Shown: piece by piece, positions 12,501 to 24,500 of the stretch | Position numbering within the stretch: the first letter of the stretch is position 1 | Layout of the letters: the number at the start of each line of letters is the position of its first letter | Source: Phoronis australis | Taxonomy: Eukaryota; Animalia; Phoronida | Direction: 5' to 3' | Assembly (NCBI GenBank): GCA_002633005.1 | Contig: NMRA01000198.1 | Span: forward strand, 435,282 to 499,281 | Length of the DNA: 64,000 nucleotides | Made by a program: the position numbers and the translations under genes | The notes under the pieces: generated by a model | Told to the model about the DNA's origin: nothing | The model's database searches: none | What the model saw: the letters and a program-made list of their open reading frames with translations, nothing else

Positions 12501-15500
12501 ACAGTATAAGGCAAGTCAAGGAATCGAGCAATTTTCCACAAAGAAATCCAAATATGTTTGAAGAGTACTATACCTTTATAATTAATTTTTAAACAGTTAG
12601 GACTAACATCAGTTGCATATCTTAATAGAAGTGGCTGCCATTTTTTGTTTACATCAAAGCCCAAAGGTCGCATTTCCATATAAGGGAAATGTGCTAAGTC
12701 TCTGTCCATGCTGTGAGGGAGAAAATCAATGATTTGATGAGCAGATGACAGGTCGTTCTTTATAAAATTTGAAACTAAAATAAAATGTTTTGACATCAAC
12801 AGAAAGTCAAAATCTTTACCAACAAACTGTAAAAATACCTGGCGAACAGATTGAATTCGAATTCAATGGCAGAGAACAACTTTGAATCATGCAATTTAGT
12901 CTGTTTTTTGTGTTCCAGGGCTCTTTAAGGTGCAAACAATACATTGTCAAGATAAATTTAAAAAATCTTTCTTGGTTTTGTTATTCTTATGAAATCATGT
13001 ATATTGGCATCATCCTGTACAGACGTCAATTAAAAAAGCCTGCCTCGCATCATTATTTACCTACTTATGTACACGGGTGTGCACATTGTCGTCTTCCTAA
13101 TCCACGCAATTTCTCAAAAACCCCTATTCATATTTTAGTTAAATTTGACACAGGTATGTTGGGCACTAGGGCATGCCACTTTTCATTGTGAAATCTGCTA
13201 GGGTGCAGGGCTTTTCAATATTTTTTTGGAAGAGTGTTTACGCATGATACCTGGAGAACTGACAGACGTATTTTTATGAAACTTGTCACAAACCCGCCTG
13301 ATGTCAATGTGCCGGCAACACTTGATTTTCAGGCAGAATGTATTAATGCAGCTCTCTTTAGTAGACATTTTGGTCTCAACAAGGGGATTTTCCATATTTT
13401 TTTGGGAGAGGGCGTTTGCAAATTACATCTAGATAACCTATTAACCTATTTCAATGAAACTTGACACAAAGGTATGTGATGGCAATGTGTTGGCAACAGT
13501 AAATTTATGTGTGGATTTGACTACTGCAGCATCCCCTTGTGGCCGTTTTGATCTCAACAAGGGGCTTTTCAGTATTTTGTGTAAGATCATTTACGGATTG
13601 TATTTAGACAACCAATTCAATGAAACTGGACACAGAGGTATGTGCAAGCACCAGAGTTGAGTTTCAAAGATTTTGCAACTGCGTCGTCCCTAGTGGCCAT
13701 TTTTTGATTTTCAGTATTTTTTGAATGACAACACTTTCTGGGTGATTTCTAAAGATTCAATTGATGGATTTTAATGAAGCTTGACACAATGGTATGTGAC
13801 AACAACACGCCGGAACCTGTAGATTTTCTGATGGACATCCACTGCAACACCCTCTAGTTTCTGTTGTGGTCTCGACGAGGGGCTTTTTCAGTATTTTCGG
13901 GAAGTGTGTTTCTGGATGATATCTAGGGAACTAATTGTCAGATTTCAGGGGAAACAATACACATATGTGACAAGATATGTGGCGGCACCAGTTGATTTTT
14001 GAGCAAACTGGACTACTGCAGCACCCCCTAGAGACCATTTTATCCAGTTGTCCTCCAATCTGCTTGATACATGAGATTTGGAACAAGGTAGATCAGTAGG
14101 GTGGTGCATGCCCCTTTTGAATCTTCTCTGTCCACGGGGTGTGGCTTTTCAGTTGTTTTGGGGAAGAGTGTTATTTCAATGAAACTTGACTCAGTGATAT
14201 GTGACAGCTATATGCCACCACCAGACAAGTTTGACTGATGCAGCAACCCATGAATGACCATTTGGGTCTTGACAAAGGGCTTTTTCAGCATTTTTTGGGA
14301 ACAGCATTTCTGGATGATATGTAGAGAACCGATCAATAGAACGTATTTGATGGCAGAGCACCGATATCAGTTCATTTTCGGGCACATTTGATTACTGCAG
14401 CTCCCCTAGTGGCTACTCTATTTTGGAGATCATGGCAGCTACCAGTTGTGAGGCGATTCCAACATGTGCTCTGCCCCCTTCTGTTATTTTGTGTCTATCT
14501 TTACGTCTGCCAAACCTCATGATTGTTTTTTGTTCCATTTTTGTGGTTCTAGTTCTGGGTGTTTTATTTCTTATTGAAAATGTTGAAAATTGAATTTTTA
14601 AACCTTTGGTTTAATGTTAGTTTAAAAAAGTGACGTACCGACACTGTTTATCAATCATCATGTATCCACCACTTGTGGTCGGTCAAATTGTCTCCTTGTA
14701 CCTTGCATGAAGCTAATAATCACTCCTGATGTTTGTCATGCACTGTGGTAATATTGCTTTTCAGGTGTTTTGCCCAGAATGTTTAAGTGTCAGGCACTGT
14801 TCCTAAGTGGCATTAATAATGTCAACTCCTTTAAAACATGATGATACAAAGAATATTTACAATATCCTGTTGTCATATTCTTCTTTTTAGCGTCTACAAC
14901 AAAGTGAAAGTCTGCCTTCCTTTTTGCAAGAGCTGAAAACGATAGCTGTGAGTAAGCATGTGTGGTCAATTTGACTTTAAATAGCTATAAACATGCCTTC
15001 CATTGGTAAGTTAAAACCTTACTTCAGATGGCTTACTGTTATAACAATGGTCTCATGGTGTTGATGTCTGGGCTGTGAAAGAAATGATGTTTCACTGTTC
15101 CTTGAGACCAGTCTCTCCAGCTTGGCTTGTCGTGCTGGGACATATTTTGTGCCAGGCATGGTCTTGAGCAATACTGAACCGTTGTTTTTTTTTCCAAGCC
15201 CTGGAACGACGTCTCATCTGAGTTGGAAACATTTTGAAATAAGTTTGATAGGTGATAATGGTCTGAAGGAAAAGTTAATTTCTTTGATGCTTAAAGTAAA
15301 TTAACATCTCCGAAACACTTCATTGAGAAAGCAATACACACGAGTTGTTATCTGAAAACCTTTTGCCTATTAATGTTTTTTTATGATGTAAAGCTTACTT
15401 CATAAAGTTATTGTATAGAGAAAACTGTGAGGATTGACTTTGATAATAAACTAAACAATCTCCAGTACTCTTGTATTTATGTTCGAAATATGTCCCGAAA

Positions 15501-18500
15501 AAATAATAGGTGCGTCGCAAGCTCTGTTTCCAGAGATACACAGGAGACCGTGTATAGGCGATATAAGGTCATTTATTGTGACTGATAAGGTACAGAAATA
15601 TGAGTGTACAAATAACATAAAGATGAAATAATAATCTCTTGAAAGATGGGCAATAAAAAGCGCCACGAGAGATGTTGAAGACAGCTCATGCCCTTGAATT
15701 TCTCACACGTAATTAATGATAGAGCCAACCAGGCCAAGCTGTTTGCACAGAAGTCAACTATTGGATAACAACAATCAAATCACTATTGTTGTCCTGCTGC
15801 CATTGTTAAACAATACTTTTGATGGTATGCATTCAAACCTGTATGAAACTGACAAGTTTTAAATCATTCCTCAAATAGATTTTGTTATTTTGTTTGTATT
15901 AGACTCTGTCAGTAATCCAGATAGTGTGAGCAACATTTTTGCAATGGAAGACAACACTATTTAAACACTAAAACGCAAGAACGTCAAATATTTTAAGTAC
16001 GACCTTTTTGCACAGTGTTGCATCGCCACGAGAAAACAAAGAATGGTCTATGACTTGTTTGAACATTTGGCAGTACCCCTGGTAGAAGTTGAATCTACCG
16101 TGGGTACCAGGGGATATATTGAATGAATCCCAATGTGTGAGATAATCTCTGTTGCTGTTTGAATTGACTGAGGATTCTCACCAAGATATAGACTGAAGTC
16201 GGGCGATAAACTAAACCTTTCATTAATGGCAAGACATGACTTTAGTGTGGTCAGAGTGATATTATACAACAATGAAAGGAGACCAGTTTCCTATATTCGT
16301 TTAAAAGCAGTTCCTCAAGTGTCGATAAATGGAGAGGTCTGCAAGCATGTCTTTAGTTATTTTCCTAGAAATGCACAGACCTCAAGTGTTATTTTTATTT
16401 TTTATGTTATATTAACATTTAGTCATTTATCTGTTCACCCCTTTCATTATTATAAACACAGCATGTGTGCATGGAAGGAGGCGAAAGTCCTTCCTGTCAA
16501 GATACATTTCATTTATTATTTACTGATTTGTGAAAGCTTTAACATCTAAGGTGCCCAACATCAGACTGGCGTTACTATATTGTCTGGGTAATACGTTCAT
16601 AGAAAAGAATAAAAGGTACATTTTGTGCATTCTTTGGGGCTAATTTTGAATTTAGGCGTAATGTCTGGTAATTCGTTGTTTAATAGACAATTTGGGCACA
16701 GCTTAAGAAGCTCACTGTTTTTGATCGAATCATGTTATGTACAAATATCAACCATTTGATCGAATCATGTTATGTACAAATATCAGCCATTTGTTCGAAT
16801 CATGTTATGTTCAAATATCAACCATTTGATCGAATCATGTTATGTACAAATATCAACCATTTTTCAGGAAAAAGCTGATCTGAACACTAACAAGCCGGAT
16901 GCTGCATCATCTAATCCAGAATTTTATGAGAACTTGATTAGAGATGCACAGTCCCTGGGTTGGAACAGGTTGAGTGAACTATTTATGATTATAATGAGTG
17001 AACTATTTATGATTATAATGAGTGAACTATTTATGATTATAATGAGTGAAATATTTATGATTATAATGAGTGAACTATTTATGATTATAATGAGTGAACT
17101 ATTTATGATTATAATGAGGCTGTTTCTTCACTGAAAGTTTGAGTTTCATTCATTACAAAACTTATTTTCCCTTTTACTGAGTGGGTGTTTTTCATTGATG
17201 AAACCAAATTAGTAGGCGTGGCCATTAATCGCATCAGTCGTGTTAATGACATGTAATTGGCTACAACAACTTGGTCCATCTGAATGAAATTCTCCATCTA
17301 TTGGGTTGTTGCTAACTGGAATCACAATAGAATAGAAAGTCAGAGGTGTCAGATCAAGAGATTGACAGATTACTGTTATCAAAAGAAACAGGTGGTTCTG
17401 TCATGAATGCTCCAAATCAGTAGTTACATTTACGTGAATCTATTTGATCTTACAGTTAATCACTACATGTGTCCACATGTCATCTGTTATCCACTGCTGT
17501 ATCTCCTGGTCAACTTGATTGATTTTAATGAGGTGCAGCACATGTGTCTGTCTTAATTTGATGACATTTGAAGAGTTTTGAATCTATCCGACTATCGCTC
17601 TTCCCCGAGTGGTAACTTTACTATTTTTGTGCGTTTGCCTCTGTACCTTTGGAGTTGACCTTGATGGATTTTCATGAAGTTTGGCAAATAGGTTTCTGTT
17701 GAGGACACAATGCTGCCTTCTCATTTTTGGACGGACTTGACTTATTGTTTGCTGCCTAATAGACATTTTTACGATACCAATAATAAACGTGCCCAAGAAG
17801 AATACTGTTTGCAGTGCAGTCATGCGTGTATTTCAGTGCGTTATGTTTCTCTTGAATTTGACACGTTTTTTTGTTAAATTTTGCAAGTATTACGTAAAAT
17901 TGTTGCCATCGCATATCCTGATATTTATTTGCTGTTATGGTCAGCCAAAGCAGCCATTTTGTTCTTTAATTTGTGTTATGCAAATATGAAAATCCCAAAC
18001 ATTGCAGGATTGTCTGTGTCGTCATTGCAGTAAAGTATTCTTTAACGTTTCTTTAGGCACGCTGCGGCATTCTCTTGCTGCCAGTACAACTTGTGTCCGT
18101 AAAATCATCAAAGATGTCCTAAATGTCATCTTTAACCACAGTCACGTTTTATGATTACACTTGGAAAAAAATTCACCAAGTGTGTATGTTACTCCATCAT
18201 AAATTTTTGTTCTTGATTTTCTCTTTGTTTGTATACAACAGGGCGTGTTTCTTGTCTGGTTGACAAAGAATTCACATACAACATGTGTCTGAAACTTTAC
18301 TATCGATGAATGTTTTGTGAGTGGTCAGAAGTTTACCACGGCACAATATGAACATGTACTGAGAACAAGCAATAGATGAAATAGCCAGCAAGAGGTGGGG
18401 GGCATTGTAAAAAATAATTGCAGGCAGTCTCACTGGTACATGTTGTACCAGACGTGCGCAGGCCGCTCATGTGGGCCCATTGCACTGATCACTGTTTATG

Positions 18501-21500
18501 CTTTATTAATATATAGCTAAAACCGAGCTGAGGAGCTAGAAACCTGACGCAAGCTTTTAGAAGTGTGACCCAGTGGGACTTGAACCCACGACCTCGAGTA
18601 AAGAAAGCGGGCACTTATCACACTAAGACACACTGCCTCCTCTAGGGAACATTGGTAAAAGGAGCAAATTTCTTTTGAGTATCGTTTTAGGCAACAATTG
18701 ATGTAAACTTGCCAATTAGGCCAAAAAGCATAGTTACTTTAGTTGGCTGATCTATGTTTTTTTGAAAATCAAGTCAGCGGTGCTGTATTTTTTAGTTTCT
18801 CATTTTTTCAAAAAGGACATTCTTCCTTCTGTTAGACTACCAGGATTTTGCTTATCAAATCATTGTGTTGCAAATCTTGCTTGTGTCGTTTTTCAACAAA
18901 AAATGAGGTCTTTGGTAAAATTCATGTCAGCGGTAGTTTTTCTTTTTTTTTTCAGTTGGTTAGCACAGGTCTCGAAATGATTCGGGTTACAGACTAAAAC
19001 CAATCAGGCCTTTTTGGCCTTATAGAAAGTTACCAAAACAATTCCTTACACTGTCTATAAATCTTATTGCATGAAAATCTTGTTTGAATCTGATAACCAG
19101 AACATATTCTGTGACAGTTATGCCACGAAATTTGAATGGGGGAGCTTTTCTTACTCCTCAAAAATGTTGTCAGTGGTCAGGAGGAAACCCTTGACCACTC
19201 TTTACATGTCTGTGTTGATGTTTTATTTCCAGAATAATTCACATTGATGATTCATTTCGTGAGCTGCAAGTGTCTGTTGTTGATGAAGCGAAGAGGGAGC
19301 ATGTTATGAAGATTAATTTACACAAAAATGTTAGTGAGCATTTTACAAAGATATGTCTAGCAGTAATTCAAATATTAGAAATCTCACTAATTTCACTTGT
19401 CAGAACTTTGAACGCTGTGACTACCCATAATGTTTCAATGGTAGCTACTGTACACACCTTGGTGGTGTTTCTTTTTTCACTAAGAAGTGCCAAAAATAAA
19501 ATTTCCGTGTCCAAAATTGAGGAGTTTTTCCGTATTTACAGTTCCATCACCCATAATTTGGTTTTGCCCTGTGTAAATGAAGTCCTGATGGAATAAAAAT
19601 GTGATGGCTAACTTTTCTGTCATGGCAACTGATCAGTCGTGCTTATAATTGCAGCACCCCCTTGTGGCACCCAGATGTACCTGTGACCTTCCGGCGGCAT
19701 TTGACCCCCGCTGGAGTTCGGTATGAGCAGTTTGTTATCACGTCATAATTTTTATGCGCCAACATAAACTTTTGGGTGCATATTGCAGACATCTCTGGCT
19801 GCCGTCCGTCCAGGCGGCATCCGTCCAGCGTCCGTCCGGCGTCCAGCATCCGCTGCTCTATCTCCAAAACCAGTTGACGTAATGTTCATGAAATTTTGCA
19901 CATGTGTTTATTTTATGGATAGGACGGCATGAGCGAAGTTTTGGACGGATCTGACTACCGGTGTGGCTCCTAGTGCCAATTTTAGCTTTTTACGTTTACC
20001 TCAGTATGTTCAAAGATCCTCAACATATTTTCACAAAATTTGGTTAAGCATTTATTAGTGAGACGACGGTTTTGGTTTTCGGATTCAACGTAGGTTGCGC
20101 CACCTAGTGGCCATTTTTACTGTTTTCGAGTCTGTTTTTTAGCGTCCACAGGCTACTGTTAATGAGGTGACGCTATCTTTTCATTTTCAGATGGATTAGA
20201 CATAATTTGCGCCTCCTAGTGGCCACCTTTACTGTTTTTGAGTCTGTTTTTTGCCGTCCACCCCTCTATTAACCAAACCGCTTTCAGGATAATTGTGAAA
20301 ATTGGCATGTATGTTTTTACTATGAAGTGGACGGGTGATGATGATTTTCTGATGACTTCGACTACTGTGGCACCTCCTAGTGGCAGTTTCATGTTTTTCG
20401 CCCATGGCTGTATCTCCTAAATTTAACAAGTGTGTGCATTTCAACGCTCCGCGTTGCTCTTGTACTATTTTCAAATCTGTTTTTGTTGTTGTGTCTTTGT
20501 GTCTGCCAAACTGTTCAGAGGATCATAGTGAAATAGAATCATACGTTGCTACTTACAAGCGCAGGGCTGACGTTCATTTCTGGATGTGTTCGACGACTGG
20601 TGTTCCCCAATGGCATTTTGTTGCATCTGCAGCTATACATCTTAAACCCTTGCAGAATCTTAGTGAAATTTGTCAAATGTATTCCCTTGAACTTGGCTAC
20701 AGATGGATCCACTGTGCTGGTTGGGAAATGGGATGTAATGTGTAATATTCTAGCCAATGTTTTGTGCTCGGTTTCAATGTTAGGTTATTCCAAGGCTTGT
20801 AATCACTTCTCACCTTCATCATGACTAATTAAGACTAAGCTATTGAACGGGGCAGTTTAAGTATTGGTGTTTTCTGAGCATGGATGTCTTCAATATTTTG
20901 TCATATGAGTTTGACTTGTATATTAAAAATGTGCCAGGTTTCACTGAATTTGTTTTTAGCATGAAAGCAGTATCTGTGATTTGTACTACCAATTGGAACA
21001 AGAGGTGGCGCTGTATCAACGCTTCTGGGACATGATGGATGAAATAGACTGTAAGACATGGGTCGTGGAGCCAGAGAAACCTACTAGGAGTGCAATGCAC
21101 AGACGAATTGCTTTAGGTATGATGTTATTCTGTACACCTTTTCTTGAGGTTTGATTTAGGCAGAACATGTCTTTATGTTTTATTGTTTCATTTTTGGTCA
21201 TCGTAGTAGACTTGTTTTTTGTATTGTTGAGATTTTGATGTTGTGTTTTTGACATGTGCATAGTTATGAATATTAGTAATTACTTCAGTTATCACTTCCT
21301 GGTTTACTCTTTGACTTTTCTGTGAGGGCATTGTGACACTTATGAATGTATGAGAATGTTAAACTAATGCCGTATCAAATAGAAAATTTATGGTTAAATT
21401 GTCTCTTACCTTTTACAAACGTTCACCTGCTGTATCATTGGACTGGTCCATTAATACTTTGTGTAGATTTGCATTCGGCCCTTTTGCACACGACACACTT

Positions 21501-24500
21501 GGACACGTCATTCCCAGTCTCACTATTGGTTTGTTTCTGTCATGTGCCATGAGTTTGGTCAGCTCCTGGCTCCTATAGGCTGATGATTATCACGTGTCTT
21601 AGGTTTAACCTGTGTTCTCAGTAATCATACATTTCCTGTCATTCCTTTGCTCTAGCAGCACTTATGTTCGAGTTTATCTCTACATTTTTCCCACCTACTG
21701 CAACCTTCTCTTTCAGTGGTTCCTCTTATCTGAGTGATGTGCTTTTTATTGCTCATCTCTACAGAGAATATCATTTTATTTTTATTTATTATTTTACACT
21801 CATATTTCTGTACCGTTATCAGTGATAATGAATGATCTTTATTTCGCCTTCGTTCGAGTTAATGCCCATGCTCACTTAACCAGCCGTCCCCAACTTTTGG
21901 TGGATTTGCTTGGTTAAGCGCCTGTATAATTGAGTTCATTGAGTTCAGATTTGTTTATCAACGGCTTTATTTATTTACATCAGTCTGTGAATAATTAGGT
22001 TTGTGTTATAATGACTTTAAAGACGTAATAAGTATGGGGTAAAATTCAGCAATTTGAGTAAAGGTAATTGCAGCTATAATTAGTGTTCCCATTTTTCGAA
22101 GGTTACCTGCTGTTAGGCCACAATTTGTTTTTTGAGGACAGGTGTAAATCACAGGCTATGCTAAGAATACAGCATAAAATATCTTTACCTTTCTATCAAA
22201 ATAAGATTCCACTTGTATGCCATCCCAAAGTCAAGTTAGTTTCACCTATTTTTGATCCCAATAGTGATCAGCATACCTGTTGATTAATTCCCTACTTAAA
22301 CTGCTTTCAACACTTCAGGATGAGTGATTTGATACTGACAACTTATTTAGGCAATTAACATGCATATCCTAAAATGTGTTCTGAAAATAAATTTAATTCT
22401 ATATTACAGGAACTGGTTCGTCGTTACAGATCGAAGTGAACCCACTCAATCCGACCTTATTTCCTGAATGCAGATTTTTGGGTCCTGATCATGGTATGCA
22501 CGAATAATTGAATCAAAACGCTCTTAAGATCGATATCAATTAACATTTTCAAAGTTTTGTAAACTGGGAAAAGAGGTTAATGATTATGTACATTGCGTAT
22601 TGGTTTGAAATTTTCTGAAAATGTTGGAAATCACCTTTACAAAGAGTTAAGTTTCTATTTTTGGAAGTACTCTTTTTCTTTAGGGAGAGGTCCAATAAAA
22701 CGGGTTGCTTTGCACATTGTTGAAAATGTCAATAACTGTGGTTGATCCCTTGCTCGACAACATCTAGTCAATAGTCACAAACACAGACGCATGTAAGTCT
22801 TTAAAGGGTTACTGCACTCAAGCCGTAATGTGGATATTGATCAAGAAATTATCTCCCCTAATTACTTAATTGCTACCTAATGAATACATTAACTCACATT
22901 AACTTGTATGAGAAAGTCAAGCACATTTTTGCTTCCACGTGTGGGAATTGGCCGAAAATTTTGCACAAAAATAATGCGGCTACGTAATGAAAACTTTATG
23001 AAAATTGGAAAATTTGTGAAAAGATTGATGGAATTAATTTTTTTGTGATTTTCGTCGTTTTGGTATGTGGAGCTGTATTAAGGTACTTTGTACGCAGCAA
23101 TTTTTGAAGGAAAACGGAGCGCAAATAATATCTGAAATATCAAACAAGTACTGAGACTTCCACTTGTGGTGATGGTGAAAATCCCTCTGAGGGCAATTTA
23201 ATGTGTAAAACGCTTCTCAGTCATGAGTTAAGATTGGAATCTGGCTATGGGAGTGTCTTCTTGTAAAATTGCAGTCACGCGTTGTCATCTAGTCTAGCGT
23301 AGCGCCACATCGATTTTGCCATTATATGTTGAGTTGGCATTTCCAGTTTGACACAGTTATACATAGGAGATTTTGAATTATCTATTATCATGAAAAATAT
23401 AGTTGACAGTAAATGATGTCAAACCTGAAAGTGCAAGTATTTGTGATGATTATTTTTTTTCAATATTTCAGTCATCCAGCCACTGCAAGAGTTGATGAGT
23501 AAAAACGCACATAAATGGTATGTGCAAGATATTCCATGTTTAATACGGGATTTGTTAGCGTCTAATTTCATGATTGTTATCTCACTGCATTTGCTGTGAA
23601 AATTTTGTGAAAATGACAACTTTAGTTATTTGTTATTATAAATTATGTAATATGTTCACCAAGTTATTGTTAAGGTTTTAAATGAATTTCAATACAAAAG
23701 TCTAACATGATGTAAATACAAGTCTTGACATGATGTAAAGGTAAATAAATTTTGATCACTAATTAAATTTGCGTTTCATACATTTTACTACACTTATCAT
23801 GTGTTCTTTCACTAATGGTTTTTTATTTAATTTACATTTTAAAAATTCATACCCGCAAAAAATGTCTTGTTCGTTTCATCAGTGCCTGTTTACGGAGGCA
23901 ATAATTGATACAATCTTGTGCTGTTACGAGAAGAACGTTATTGATTTATTTCAATACGTTTTGTCAACATGAGAGCATGGTGTTTATTATTCAATGCATT
24001 AGTTTTATACATGAGAGTATGCATAACCCTTCAGCATGCCTGAGAATGTCTTGCAGGGAATTTTGTTAATGAAGAAAACAATTGATCTTTTCAGGAACAC
24101 CACTAGCTCTGTGTTGACAAACCTGAGGCTGGTTCTAGACACAGAATTTCCATCCCCAAGTAGTACTAGCAAAGAGGTGATTCTTTTTATTGGTGTTAAG
24201 ATTGATTAATTTTATTATGATTGCATGATAAGTTTGCTAGTTCCATTCAATGCTCATGTCTGTCAGAAATATTGTTGATGATTACTGCTTTCTTATCTTT
24301 GAATGTTTTCGTAAGTAGCTTAGTTTTCGGCCACGATATTTAAAACCTTTGCCGTAGCTGTTCCAGTTTTATTTATATTTATATTTATATGCACTAACTG
24401 CGAAGCGATACCGAAGCTAGTTTACAGTGAAACAACTCGTGTAGATGAGATAAAAAGTCATATATATTATGACAAACTAAACTACTACAGATATCGGTAA

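Noticed and set aside
16772-17134. 120-aa ORF with (SELFMIIM)n repeats
   Set aside because: Chimera of the 35-bp array, FANCL exon 4 and the 24-bp array; not an independent gene.
18563-18637. Functional tRNA gene
   Set aside because: Only the T-arm/B box is good; acceptor and anticodon stems do not pair properly, so it is treated as a SINE head or pseudogene.
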